Source of the DNA: Spirochaetaceae bacterium
GTDB lineage: Bacteria; Spirochaetota; Spirochaetia; DSM-2461
Length of the DNA stretch: 64,000 bases
Assembly (NCBI GenBank): GCA_051531975.1
Contig: JAOPTT010000020.1
Location: forward strand, 1 to 64,000
Direction: 5' to 3'
Shown in pieces: positions 50,839 to 61,406 of the stretch (within the stretch, counting starts at the first letter, position 1; the number at the start of each line of letters is the position of its first letter). Made by a program: the position numbers and the translations under genes. Below the pieces are notes generated by a model that was not told the origin of the DNA, made no database searches, and was given only the letters and a program-made list of their open reading frames with translations.

Positions 50839-52509
50839 ATGAAAAAATTATTAGTAGTTTTGCTGGTTTTTGCAATTTCAATCGCTTCGTTATCAGCTGG
50901 TGGTAACAATGAAGCAAAAGATGGAGCTGTATTGGAAGATACCGCGTCCAATGTTAACCCTCCAGGTGTCTTTCCAATAGTTAAAGAGCCTATACAGGTA
51001 AAAATGTATATAACTCCAAGCGCTAAAGTAATCGATATCGAGACTAATGAGGCTCTTAAATATATTGAAGAATTAACAGGAATAGATTTAGTATTAACTG
51101 TTGGTCCTGAACAAGCAAAGGAGAAGATTAACCTTATGTTAGCTTCTCAAACTGACCTTCCTGAAGTATTTTTAACATATGAAGGAATCTCTATGGAGCA
51201 GGTGTCTATAAATGGTGAATATGGTGTATTTGAACCTATTGATCATCTATTGGAAAAATGGGCACCAAATACTATGAGAGCATTTGAATATCAGCCAGAT
51301 ATCAGAAGACAGATTACTGCACCTGATGGCCATATCTACAGCTTTTCTAACTATTCAGAAGGTCAACATGTTATGCATAGTCAAAAGATGTGGGTAAATC
51401 AAAAATGGCTTGAAAGAGTTGGACTTGAAGAACCTACAAATCTTAAAGAATTCAAAAATATGTTAGTTGCTTTTAAAGAAAAGGATGCAAATGGAAACGG
51501 AGATCCTACCGATGAGATTCCACTTGGTTCTATTGCGGATAATACATGGAGAGCAGACATATTTGGTTTCTTAATGAACCCATTTGTTCCAACAATCGAT
51601 TTTAAAGAGGCATATCTATATAATGATAAAGGAACAATTAAAAACTCTGTACAACAGGCAGGTTGGAAAGATGGTTTATATTATATGAAAGATCTTTATG
51701 ACGAAGGTCTGCTTGATCAGGAAGCTTTTGTATTAACTAAACCTCAAATGAAAGCTTTAGTTATGAATCCTGAAGGTGTAATGGTTGGAGCAATTCCTGC
51801 TGGAGCTCCAGGACCTTTTATTAATTCTGCTCTACCTGGACCTAGGGATGAATACAATGCTATTGCTCCACTAACTCAGGTTAACGGTGACAGACCAAGA
51901 ACACCATACTTTAAACCAAAAGCACTTCCTAGATTTGTTATAACTTCTGAAGCTAAAAACTTAGAGGCGATTGTTAGACTTGGGGATCTATTAATGATCG
52001 ACCCATTTAGTGGTAAGCCAGGTGATTTAGAGATGGGACTTAATGTTTGGTACGGACCTAATGGTTGGACAAAGCCTGCTGATGGTGTTAAAGGTAATAA
52101 TGGAAGTCAAGCTCTATACGAGTGGGCATTTAGTTTTAATGATCCAACTAACCTGAACTTTGCTAACCTTCCTGGACTTTTTTCTCAAAAACTTAAAAAA
52201 GGTTCAATGGTTGCTAAAAAAGGATTTGATTTAGAGACTCTATTATGGAATGTAACTGAAGAGAAGTACGAACCATATAGTGACCCTGTATTTGTACCAC
52301 CAGTAATTATTAACAATGATGATGTTTCTGAAGCTGGAGAGATCAAACAGATCTTAATGGACTACATGAAAGAGAATAATGCTAAATTTGTTATGGGTAT
52401 TAGAGATCTTGATACTGAGTGGGATACTTACCAGGAAGAGTTAATAACTTTAGGACTAAACCGTTATGTTGGTATGGTTCAAACTGCATATAACAGACAG
52501 TACAAATAA
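50839..52509 (+). CDS. ABC substrate-binding protein (LplA-type)
   Basis: Signal peptide then AGGNNE; WVNQKWLERVGL, AFKEKDANGNGDPTDEIPL, Q.AYNR. Confidence 0.9.
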   Translation: MKKLLVVLLVFAISIASLSAGGNNEAKDGAVLEDTASNVNPPGVFPIVKEPIQVKMYITPSAKVIDIETNEALKYIEELTGIDLVLTVGPEQAKEKINLMLASQTDLPEVFLTYEGISMEQVSINGEYGVFEPIDHLLEKWAPNTMRAFEYQPDIRRQITAPDGHIYSFSNYSEGQHVMHSQKMWVNQKWLERVGLEEPTNLKEFKNMLVAFKEKDANGNGDPTDEIPLGSIADNTWRADIFGFLMNPFVPTIDFKEAYLYNDKGTIKNSVQQAGWKDGLYYMKDLYDEGLLDQEAFVLTKPQMKALVMNPEGVMVGAIPAGAPGPFINSALPGPRDEYNAIAPLTQVNGDRPRTPYFKPKALPRFVITSEAKNLEAIVRLGDLLMIDPFSGKPGDLEMGLNVWYGPNGWTKPADGVKGNNGSQALYEWAFSFNDPTNLNFANLPGLFSQKLKKGSMVAKKGFDLETLLWNVTEEKYEPYSDPVFVPPVIINNDDVSEAGEIKQILMDYMKENNAKFVMGIRDLDTEWDTYQEELITLGLNRYVGMVQTAYNRQYK

Positions 52510-52534
52510 TACTTAAAAATAATTAAGTAACAGT

Positions 52535-52565
52535 AAGGAGTTGCTTTTTTGCAGCTCCTTTTTTT
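52535..52565 (+). terminator. Intrinsic terminator after the SBP gene
   Basis: AAGGAGTTGC-N6-GCAGCTCCTT followed by a T-run. Confidence 0.75.
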
Positions 52566-52576
52566 ATGGAGAAAAA

Positions 52577-54613
52577 ATGCAAGAATTACGATTTAGACAA
52601 ATTCACCTGGACTTTCATACAAGTCCTCTGATTAAAAATATAGGAGAAAAGTTTGATGCAGACGAGTTTGCTTCTACATTAAAAGAAGCAGCAGTTGATT
52701 CTATTACCTGTTTTGCTAGGTGCCATCATGGTTGGTTATATTATGAATCAAAAAACTTTCCAGAACTTATCCATCCTGAATTAAAAAAGAAGGGATTACT
52801 TGAAGCTCAAATAGAAGCTTGCCACAAAGAGGATATTCGTGTGCCTGTTTATACTACTGTTCAGTGGGATGAGTTACAGACAAAAGAACACCCTGAGTGG
52901 TTAATGCGTAATCCGGATGGCAGTCCAAAACAACATGGTTTTTATGATGCAGGATTTTATAACTTTCTCTGTGTAAATACACCATATGCAGATTTTTTGG
53001 AGGCACATTTAAGGGATATGTTTGATAGTATTCCTAATATAGATGGAATCTTCTTAGATATTGTACAGGAGACCCAGTGTTCCTGTGAGTACTGTAAAGC
53101 TGGGATGATAAAAGATGGTCTTAAACCACACTTAGAGAGTGACCGTAAAATATATGGAAAGAAGGTTATAACAGATTTTAAATATTGGATGACAGATATT
53201 ATCAGATCGATGAACAAAGATTGTTCTATTTTTTATAACTGCCAGGCAGTACAGCAGCACTCAAAAGATGCATATTCCCATATCGAAGTTGAGTCTCTTC
53301 CATCAGGAGAGTGGGGTTATGATCACTTTGCATTTGAATCCAGATATGTTCGAAATTTAGGCCTTGATGTTTTAGGTCAGACAGGAAAATTCCATACAGC
53401 ATGGGGTGATTTCCACTCTTTTAAAAGTAAAGAAGCTTTAGAGTATGAATGTTTTAGAATGTTAACACTTAATACTAAATGTATGATAGGAGATCAACTA
53501 GAACCTAATGGTAGACTTTCTACAGATGCATACAAACTTATAGGCAGTGTATATAACAGAATTAAAGGGAAAGAAGAGTGGTGTTCATCTGCTTCTGCTC
53601 TATGTGATACTGCAGTTTTTGATCCAAGGGAATTTTATAAACCCTGTGACTTTAAACACCCTGAATCTCTTTTAGGTGTTATGAAAATGCTTGAGCAGAT
53701 GGGTAATCAATTTGACATTATAGATTCTTCTATGGATTTTTCTAAATATAAACTACTAATCTTACCAGACGTTATCCCAGTGGAGGGTGACTTTTCAGAA
53801 AAAATTGAAAATTACCTAAACAGTGGTGGCAGCTTAATTTTATCATATATGTCTGGATTCAAACCGGATAAATCTACAATCGGCTTTGATAAAATGCCTG
53901 TTACAAAACAGATAAAACAGGTTGTGGATTTAAATGGGGATGAGATACATGGAAAATTTGAACTAAGACGAAACTCTATGGCTAACTATATTATTCCTGA
54001 AGGGGATATAGGTGTAGATTTGCCTAATACTGAACATACAATGTATAGTAAAAACCTTGATGTAACTCCAGTTAAAGGTAGCTCTGTATTGGTAAATGCT
54101 ATTGCTCCTGAGTTTTATAGAGACTATATGCATTTTTGTTCCCACAGACAGGCTCCTTCCTCAGGTATTATAGAAGGCCCAGCCATTGTTGGAAATAAAA
54201 ATGTAATCTATTATGCCCATAATATATTTAAGATGTATCAGTTAATAGCCCCGGGTTGGGTAAAAACTCTATTTAGAAATAGTGTAAATATGTTATTAAA
54301 TCCAATGCTTAAACATGATGGTCCATCTACACTATTAACAGCAATAAATAGACAGGAAGATAAAAAAAGGGATGTATTACATCTATTGCACTATATTCCT
54401 AAAAGAGTTTGTAAAACAATGGATATTATTGAAGATGTTATTCCTTATCATAATTTAAACCTATCAATTAAAACTGATAAAAGCATAGAAAAAGTAACAC
54501 TGGTTCCTGAAGGTATAGAGTTGAACTTTATTACATTTGAAGGTCGTACAAATTTTGAAGTCGAGAAACTAGAAGGCCACCAGATGGTTGAGTTAACATG
54601 GAAGGGTATATAA
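52577..54613 (+). CDS. GH151-like alpha-L-fucosidase (GHL6 domain + trimerisation domain)
   Basis: ATG 52577 after GGAG; RFRQIHLDFHTS, FARCHHG, DGIFLDI, EVESLPSGEWGY, GKFHTAWGDF, IGDQL. Confidence 0.8.
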   Translation: MQELRFRQIHLDFHTSPLIKNIGEKFDADEFASTLKEAAVDSITCFARCHHGWLYYESKNFPELIHPELKKKGLLEAQIEACHKEDIRVPVYTTVQWDELQTKEHPEWLMRNPDGSPKQHGFYDAGFYNFLCVNTPYADFLEAHLRDMFDSIPNIDGIFLDIVQETQCSCEYCKAGMIKDGLKPHLESDRKIYGKKVITDFKYWMTDIIRSMNKDCSIFYNCQAVQQHSKDAYSHIEVESLPSGEWGYDHFAFESRYVRNLGLDVLGQTGKFHTAWGDFHSFKSKEALEYECFRMLTLNTKCMIGDQLEPNGRLSTDAYKLIGSVYNRIKGKEEWCSSASALCDTAVFDPREFYKPCDFKHPESLLGVMKMLEQMGNQFDIIDSSMDFSKYKLLILPDVIPVEGDFSEKIENYLNSGGSLILSYMSGFKPDKSTIGFDKMPVTKQIKQVVDLNGDEIHGKFELRRNSMANYIIPEGDIGVDLPNTEHTMYSKNLDVTPVKGSSVLVNAIAPEFYRDYMHFCSHRQAPSSGIIEGPAIVGNKNVIYYAHNIFKMYQLIAPGWVKTLFRNSVNMLLNPMLKHDGPSTLLTAINRQEDKKRDVLHLLHYIPKRVCKTMDIIEDVIPYHNLNLSIKTDKSIEKVTLVPEGIELNFITFEGRTNFEVEKLEGHQMVELTWKGI

Positions 54614-56184
54614 TGAAAAGACCAAATATTTTATATATTATGTCCGATGATCATGCAGCTAATGCTATTAGTGCTTATGGGTCAAGATTAGCTAACCAGG
54701 CACCAACACCAAATATTGATAGAATTGCAGACAGTGGAATACGTATGGATAACTGTTTTTGCACAAATGCTATATGTACCCCAAGTAGAGCTGTTGTTTT
54801 AACAGGTCAACATAGCCATGTTAATGGAGTTAAAACACTATCAGATCCATTAGATGAAAAATCAACACTACTATCAGAACTTCTGAAAAACAGTGGATAT
54901 AAAACAGCACTTTTTGGAAAATGGCATCTACATGCTGAACCTAGAGGATTTGATGATTGGGCTGTACTTCCTGGGCAGGGTGAATATAATGATCCATCGT
55001 TTATTATTCGGGAAAACAGCGAAGCTCCAGCAATTCTTGATGTTATAACTAATAAGGATTCTACTTATACAGATGAGTGGACTAAAGATTATGACTGGGG
55101 GAAACATATTAAGGCAAAAGGCTATGTAACAGACGTTATTACAGACCTTACCTTGGATTGGCTTGAAGAGCAAAACAGTGAGAAACCTTTTTTCCTATGT
55201 TGTCATCACAAGGCTCCCCACGACTTCTTTGAGTATAAGAGAGTACACGAAGATATATACAAAGATACAAGCTTTAATGAACCTTCTACGCTTTTTGAAG
55301 ATGAGAAGACCAGGGAAGAGATATCCAGAAAATATGGAACAACTGTTTCAGAGCGTTGGGAACCGAGGAATATGGTTAAACACCTCTCTGATCCTAACTA
55401 TCCAAATGGTGGTGCTATAGATTTTAGTGGTAAAACTGCAGAAGAGAAAACTAAAATTGCATACCAGAAATATATTCAGGATTATCTTAGAACTGTTCAC
55501 GCTATAGACCAGAATGTAGGGCGTATTCTTGACTATCTAGAAAATAGTGGTCAGATGGAAAATACCATAGTTATATATACCAGTGACCAGGGGATGATGT
55601 TAGGTGAACATGACCACATAGATAAAAGATGGATATTTGATGAATCACAACAGATGCCACTTTTAATCAGCTACCCTAATGGTATTAAAAAGGGAATAAC
55701 TTCTGATGACGTAGTAGATAATGTGGATTTTGCACCCACTCTGTTAGATTATGCAGGTATAAACAGACCAAACTACATGCAGGGTAGAAGTTTTAAATCT
55801 GTTCTGGAACAAGAGACTCCAAAAGGGTGGAGACAGAGTGTCTATTACAGGTATTGGATGCATATGGCCCACCATTGGGTACCAGCTCATTTTGGTATAA
55901 GAACTCAGGAATGGAAACTGATATTTTTCTATGGGAAACGGCTAGATGCCTCAGGTTGTGAACAACCTGACTGCCTAGTTGATACCCCACCGGGCTTTGA
56001 GTTATACGATGTGAAAAATGATCCTGAAGAGAAGGTTAATCTTGTTAGTGATACTAATTATTCAGATGTTTTAAGTAAAATGAAGTCCGAGTTAATGTCA
56101 CTAAAAAAAGAGGTCGGAGATAGCGATTCTGCATATCCTGAAATGATGGAAATGCAAAATAAATATTTTAATGATTCTTACTAA
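54613..56184 (+). CDS. Cys-type sulfatase (S1_11-like, hexosamine/hexose-6-sulfatase-type)
   Basis: IMSDDHA, NAICTPSRAVVLTG, LPGQGEY, HKAPH, SDQG, DKRW, YYRYW. Subfamily call is from recall. Confidence 0.9.
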   Translation: MKRPNILYIMSDDHAANAISAYGSRLANQAPTPNIDRIADSGIRMDNCFCTNAICTPSRAVVLTGQHSHVNGVKTLSDPLDEKSTLLSELLKNSGYKTALFGKWHLHAEPRGFDDWAVLPGQGEYNDPSFIIRENSEAPAILDVITNKDSTYTDEWTKDYDWGKHIKAKGYVTDVITDLTLDWLEEQNSEKPFFLCCHHKAPHDFFEYKRVHEDIYKDTSFNEPSTLFEDEKTREEISRKYGTTVSERWEPRNMVKHLSDPNYPNGGAIDFSGKTAEEKTKIAYQKYIQDYLRTVHAIDQNVGRILDYLENSGQMENTIVIYTSDQGMMLGEHDHIDKRWIFDESQQMPLLISYPNGIKKGITSDDVVDNVDFAPTLLDYAGINRPNYMQGRSFKSVLEQETPKGWRQSVYYRYWMHMAHHWVPAHFGIRTQEWKLIFFYGKRLDASGCEQPDCLVDTPPGFELYDVKNDPEEKVNLVSDTNYSDVLSKMKSELMSLKKEVGDSDSAYPEMMEMQNKYFNDSY

Positions 56185-56200
56185 TTGAAAGGAGTTCAAT

Positions 56201-57244
56201 GTGAGTGTAATACCAGAATATCTTAAAGAATTTAAAGATCTCTATAATAACGTAGGTCCCAGAGATGCTAATAAAGAGTGGTTTAAAAGTGCAGATTATG
56301 GTCTGTTTATTCATTATGGTCTCTATTCAATGTTAGGACGACACGAATGGGTTCAGCTATTTGAAACTATTCCAGTGGACCAATATGAAAAACTAATAAA
56401 TGATTTTACTGCTGAAAAATTTGATGTTCAGGAAATAGTTAAATTTGCAAAATCATGTGGAATGAAATATATAAACATCACTACAAGACACCATGACAGT
56501 TTTTGTCTATGGGATACAAAGTATACAGAGTTTAAATCTACAAATTCTCCAGCAAAAAGAGATCTTGTAAAAGAGCTCTACGACGAGTGTGAAAAAGAGG
56601 GAATTGCACTGTTTTTATATTACTCCCATGGAAGGGACTGGAAACACCCCCATGCTCCAAACAACGATGATTGGGGTGGTAAAGCACGTCCTCTCTATGA
56701 ACCATTAGAGTCTACATATAAATATGGTGATGAACATGATCTAAACATCTACCTAAATTTTATGAAGAATCAGGTTACTGAATTATTAACAATGTTTCCC
56801 AATGTTTCCGGAATATGGCTTGATGGTATTGCAGTTCCTGCAAGTGGAGATTTTGCTAAGTTTAAGTGCCAGGAGTTATATGATCTTATACATAAAGTAA
56901 GTCCCCACGCCCTTGTATCCTATAAACAAGGGTTGTTAGGTACAGAGGACTATTTCACCCCAGAGCATTATGTCCCAGATAATAGTGATGATAGACAGGG
57001 TAAAATAAATTCAATGAGTAAAAAAATTGAAGTTTGTTCCACAATGATTCAAAATCCTGTCTCTTGGGGTTGGCAACCAGAATCAGAACATAGATCTGTG
57101 GAAAATGTTTTGTCTCTACTATCAAGTACTAAATCTATAGGAGCCAATCTTTTATTAAACTCAGGGCCGTGTCCTGATGGTTCTCTTGATCCGGTAGATG
57201 TGGAAATACTTTTAGAGGTGGGGCAAAAACTCTCTTCTAATTAG
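56201..57244 (+). CDS. GH29 alpha-L-fucosidase (catalytic domain only)
   Basis: YGLFIHYG, TRHHDSF, WLDG nucleophile, NLLLNSGP. Confidence 0.9.
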   Translation: MSVIPEYLKEFKDLYNNVGPRDANKEWFKSADYGLFIHYGLYSMLGRHEWVQLFETIPVDQYEKLINDFTAEKFDVQEIVKFAKSCGMKYINITTRHHDSFCLWDTKYTEFKSTNSPAKRDLVKELYDECEKEGIALFLYYSHGRDWKHPHAPNNDDWGGKARPLYEPLESTYKYGDEHDLNIYLNFMKNQVTELLTMFPNVSGIWLDGIAVPASGDFAKFKCQELYDLIHKVSPHALVSYKQGLLGTEDYFTPEHYVPDNSDDRQGKINSMSKKIEVCSTMIQNPVSWGWQPESEHRSVENVLSLLSSTKSIGANLLLNSGPCPDGSLDPVDVEILLEVGQKLSSN

Positions 57245-57262
57245 TCTTTTAACATATAATAC

Positions 57263-57290
57263 AGCAGCCTAGATGCAACATATGGCTGCT
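57263..57290 (+). terminator. Hairpin after the GH29 gene
   Basis: AGCAGCC...GGCTGCT followed by a T-rich stretch. Confidence 0.45.
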
Positions 57291-57351
57291 CATATTTTTC
57301 TTGCAATTTTATAACAAATAATTGATATTTGATATATAAGGAAAAAATAAT

Positions 57352-58104
57352 ATGCAAAAGCCAAAAATTCTAATATTACCTCTGTTATATATATTTTTTA
57401 TAACTCCTTCATATTCTGAGGAGCAACAACTTTTTAAATTCACAGGAGGCGCTCCTCTTGATTCATATCAATCAATTACTATAATACCTATTTTGAAAGA
57501 GGTGTTTAAAAAAATGAATAAAAAAGTAACTTTTAAATACAATCCAAGCCTCAGGTCTTTAAAATTATCAAATTCAGGAGAGTATGATGGGGAGTTACAT
57601 AGAGTTTATGATTTTCACGAAATTACGAACAAGAAATATTCAAATTTGATACGTATTGATACATATATGATGTCCATTCATCTTTCGTATTTCACTACAA
57701 TTAAGGGACTGAATATTAAAAATAGAGAGGATTTGGCACAGTATAAAGTTGCTTATTACCGTGGTAGAAAAAATGTGGATAACTTGCTAAAAGGTTTTCT
57801 CCCGCCGAGTCAGATTTTTTTAACTAATAATGATGATATTGCATTTAAGATGTTATCCACTGGAAGAGTGGATATTGTTATTGCAGAGGATGTTGAAGGA
57901 TTATTCTTAATTAAAAAAGAATTAAGTTATTCAAATATATATAAACTTAAAAATATTAAAGAGACCAAGATTTATACTTATTTAAATAAAAAGCATAGTT
58001 CTCTGCTTCCTCTAATAAATAAAACTCTTACTGATATGAAAGAAGATGGATCATATCAGAGTATCTTAGAAGAATCCCAGTTGGAATATTTTAACCGTTT
58101 ATAA
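57352..58104 (+). CDS. Orphan substrate-binding protein (family 3-like)
   Basis: Signal peptide; RSLKLSNSGEYDG, MLSTGRVD, LTDMKEDGSYQSI. Confidence 0.8.
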   Translation: MQKPKILILPLLYIFFITPSYSEEQQLFKFTGGAPLDSYQSITIIPILKEVFKKMNKKVTFKYNPSLRSLKLSNSGEYDGELHRVYDFHEITNKKYSNLIRIDTYMMSIHLSYFTTIKGLNIKNREDLAQYKVAYYRGRKNVDNLLKGFLPPSQIFLTNNDDIAFKMLSTGRVDIVIAEDVEGLFLIKKELSYSNIYKLKNIKETKIYTYLNKKHSSLLPLINKTLTDMKEDGSYQSILEESQLEYFNRL

Positions 58105-58111
58105 ATTTAAA

Positions 58112-59431
58112 TTATAACTTAATATGTCTTTCTAGTTTTTCGACTATCTCAGGAAATGTATCCTTAATATTTGTAGTTTCATCTGGGTTAGATTTAATAT
58201 CAAATAGATATAACTCCTTATTCTTGTCGTGTATAAGTTTATACCTCCCATCAAAAGCGAGCTTCCAATTAAATGATTTACCTTTTTTACTGAAATTAAG
58301 AGCTGATGTTACAACATTCCTAGGAATATAAAATCCACCCTCAAATTGTTGTTTTAAAGAGCAACTATCCATTTGCGTTGGAACCTCAAGGCAGGCATAG
58401 TCAAGAAAAGTTGCGGCTAAATCCATTGTAGTTACAACTCCATCATAGGCTTCAGATTTTAATACACCAGGACCAGAGACTATTAAGGGTACAGCTACAG
58501 AACCGTGAAAAGGTTGACATTTTCCCCATAAATCGTGATCTCCAAGCATATCGCCATGGTCTGATGAAAATACTATAAGCGTGTTTTCCAATAACCCACT
58601 CTCTTTAAGATAATCTAAATATTTACCTATTTGATTGTCTATGTTTTCTATCATAGCGGCATAATTTCTTCTAATATTAAGATGTATTGATTCATCATAT
58701 TCAGTAGAGTTTATAGGCATTGGAAATTTTTGGTCTTTATATAGTTTTGACATGGACTTGGTAATATCCCATGGGGTATGGGGCCCAGTAAAGTTTACCT
58801 GTAAAAACCACGGTTTATTAGCTGGTGTTTCTTTTATTAGATTCAGCCCATTCTCCGCTAACCAGTTATCACAATAAAAATCGTCCTTTAGAGGTGTTGG
58901 AAAAGTTGACAGGTTGACTCCATCAGTTATTCTCTTTGACATATCATCTATATGGTTAGACATTACTTTGTTATCTTTTAGATGTGAAATATAAGGGCCA
59001 AAATATCCATTTCTTGAACTTGTTATACTATCAATCTTACCTTCATTATCCACACCATCACTGAATCCCCACTCGTTTAGGAGATGTTTTCCATCGACTC
59101 CCCAGTTAAAATCAGGCTTATGTAGGTCAAATTTCCCACACCCTAAAACCTGGTAATCTGCTTTATCTCTTAGTAGTTTATAAAATGTTTCCTGCTGCAA
59201 AGGGTAGTTTTCTGCATTGGATCTGACACCACAATTTTTATACTCTCTGCCAGATGCTAATGAAGCCCTACTTGGCGCACAAAGTGGCGAAGGGCAGATA
59301 GCTGAGTTAAATACAATACCATTTTGAGAAAGATAGTCCAGGTTAGGTGTTTTTAATGGTAGCTTTTTATTGCTGCCAAGCCAGTCCCACCTCCACTGAT
59401 CTGGGAAAAAAAATAGAATATTAGGTTTCAT
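58112..59431 (-). CDS. Cys-type (S1) sulfatase
   Basis: PNILFFFPDQWR, SPLCAPSRASLASG, PHTP, SDHGD. Confidence 0.92.
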   Translation of the reverse strand: MKPNILFFFPDQWRWDWLGSNKKLPLKTPNLDYLSQNGIVFNSAICPSPLCAPSRASLASGREYKNCGVRSNAENYPLQQETFYKLLRDKADYQVLGCGKFDLHKPDFNWGVDGKHLLNEWGFSDGVDNEGKIDSITSSRNGYFGPYISHLKDNKVMSNHIDDMSKRITDGVNLSTFPTPLKDDFYCDNWLAENGLNLIKETPANKPWFLQVNFTGPHTPWDITKSMSKLYKDQKFPMPINSTEYDESIHLNIRRNYAAMIENIDNQIGKYLDYLKESGLLENTLIVFSSDHGDMLGDHDLWGKCQPFHGSVAVPLIVSGPGVLKSEAYDGVVTTMDLAATFLDYACLEVPTQMDSCSLKQQFEGGFYIPRNVVTSALNFSKKGKSFNWKLAFDGRYKLIHDKNKELYLFDIKSNPDETTNIKDTFPEIVEKLERHIKL

Positions 59432-61226
59432 GTTGTCTCCTTAAAATTATAGATTGAATTGTTAGTCCATTCATCGACTCTTTAGCATAGGATTTCCTGT
59501 GGTTTGTCCAATCCTTATTAAGACACCAGGGCCCAGCATGGGGGCTCTTAATATCTTTTTCTGTCCAGATACCACTCTGTTTTATCGATTGTGAATCTTT
59601 TTTTATTAATATCTCTTTAATACCTGGCTCTTTAAAAATTAATAATCCTAGAGATATTGATTTAATTTTCAACTGCTTTTTTTTATGGTTTATCTCATTA
59701 CCATCACTAAATCCTTCTAGGAAACCAGAACTTTGACCAGTTAATAATAGTTTTAATGATTTGTCTCCAACCTGTATAACAATAGGCATCTCTAGCATAT
59801 CCAAAGAGTATTTTATTTCAATTTTAAAATTTTCACTATTTTTGATGTAAAAAGACCATTTCTTCTCTATATCTGGGATGTTAGTATTATACTGAAGGTT
59901 GTTATAATTACCCTGGGATATCTCATTTTCTCTAGTTAATTCGATTTTGTTATCTATCTCTATAGCAATATTTTTTTTAACAACAAGTTTAGAATCTAAC
60001 TGACACTTTATTACGGTTACATAGGGTTCCGGGGAGAAGTCAAAAAGATCAATTAAAATTCTATTGTTATGTGTTTTCCATTTTATCTCATTACCACCTG
60101 TCATGAAACTTATTTTCTTTGGTAGATTATTTATTTCAGGCAGGAGAATTTTATTATCTTTTGGCCATTTAGATACCATTAAATATAAGGTTTCATTAAT
60201 CCATGTTGCATAACCCCAGGTAAGGTAGTTAAAAGGGTTATTATTAACATTAAAAATCGAATCCCTGTTTATTTTTACCCATTCTCCTATTTTTGAAAGA
60301 ACCTGTTTTTCATAGTTCAAAATAGATCCATCAGCCTTGGGTCCTATATTAAGTAGATAATTCCCACCAGAGGATGTAACTCTACAAAGTAGATCAATCT
60401 GTTTTCTTAGCTGTGTCTCGATATTTGGTCTATCTATCCAGGACTTATAACCCCATGAGTGATAAAAAGTACAAGGTGTCTCACAACCCTGATTTATAGG
60501 ATTTTCTGGAAGGTGGTTATCTGGCAGGGTTAAAAAGTCCCCTTGGTTGTTCATTACCCTTCCACTAACAAGACAGTCTGGCTGCTGTTTATGGACTGTT
60601 TCTGACAGTTTAATACTATCCTCAACTGTAGGTAGTCCCATATCAAAAAATACTTCGTTTATTGCACCATAGTTATTTAACAATTCCCTTAGCTGTTTTA
60701 TAGATAGGTCTAGGTGATCTTTTGTGAATTCCTCAAAAACTGCATATTTGGTTTCTGGTTCTCTGGTAACCGCGGTATTTGAGTTCCAGTCCGGATTTGA
60801 AAAGTATATTCCAAGTTTAATATTGGATTCTAAACAGGCTTCTGATAGCTCTTTTAATATATCTTTTTTATACGGAGCCAGATCCACAACGTTAAAATCT
60901 GTTGTATCGGTTTTAAACAGACAAAATCCGTCGTGATGTTTAACTGTTAGGACAATATATTTCATTCCAGCATCTATAGCAGTTTTTACTATATTGGGGG
61001 CATTAAACTTTACTGGATTAAAATCTTTAGTCAGGTTTTGGTATACTTCTCTTTTTATGCTGGCATGTCGCTGTATCTGCTCACCTAATCGCGGGATCTT
61101 TTTTCCATTCCATATTCCTGCTGGTATTGAATAAAGTCCCCAGTGAATAAAAAGTCCAAACTTCAGAGATGACCATTTATTAAGTGCTTTAATATTTATT
61201 GTATGTTTTCTCTTTGGTATATCCAT
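59421..61226 (-). CDS. GH29 alpha-L-fucosidase with C-terminal extension
   Basis: FGLFIHWG, KHHDGF, FFDMG nucleophile, SWGY, NYLLNIGP. Confidence 0.9.
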   Translation of the reverse strand: MDIPKRKHTINIKALNKWSSLKFGLFIHWGLYSIPAGIWNGKKIPRLGEQIQRHASIKREVYQNLTKDFNPVKFNAPNIVKTAIDAGMKYIVLTVKHHDGFCLFKTDTTDFNVVDLAPYKKDILKELSEACLESNIKLGIYFSNPDWNSNTAVTREPETKYAVFEEFTKDHLDLSIKQLRELLNNYGAINEVFFDMGLPTVEDSIKLSETVHKQQPDCLVSGRVMNNQGDFLTLPDNHLPENPINQGCETPCTFYHSWGYKSWIDRPNIETQLRKQIDLLCRVTSSGGNYLLNIGPKADGSILNYEKQVLSKIGEWVKINRDSIFNVNNNPFNYLTWGYATWINETLYLMVSKWPKDNKILLPEINNLPKKISFMTGGNEIKWKTHNNRILIDLFDFSPEPYVTVIKCQLDSKLVVKKNIAIEIDNKIELTRENEISQGNYNNLQYNTNIPDIEKKWSFYIKNSENFKIEIKYSLDMLEMPIVIQVGDKSLKLLLTGQSSGFLEGFSDGNEINHKKKQLKIKSISLGLLIFKEPGIKEILIKKDSQSIKQSGIWTEKDIKSPHAGPWCLNKDWTNHRKSYAKESMNGLTIQSIILRRQHET

Positions 61227-61288
61227 ATTTTAAATAATCATATCTTGAATTAAATAATCAATGCTTTCTATAAAATTTCATTGTCAGG

Positions 61289-61322
61289 TGGATTATTTCA
61301 CTATGGAATATAGAAATATTCA
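61289..61322. promoter_or_regulatory. GAAATAATCCA-type sites in the divergent GH29/sulfatase promoter
   Basis: TGGATTATTTCAC (reverse complement GTGAAATAATCCA) at 61289-61301 and TAGAAATATTCA at 61311-61322. Confidence 0.5.
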
Positions 61323-61406
61323 TGGTGTATATAAATTGTAAACTTGAACAGAAAGTTCACATTGTTAATAATAAAAAGAGTAGATATTTATAATAGGAGA
61401 AGTTAA

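Noticed and set aside
52541..52576. ORF-track N-terminal extension of the GH151 gene
   Set aside because: It lies inside the terminator hairpin; ATG 52577 has the RBS and the family N-terminus.
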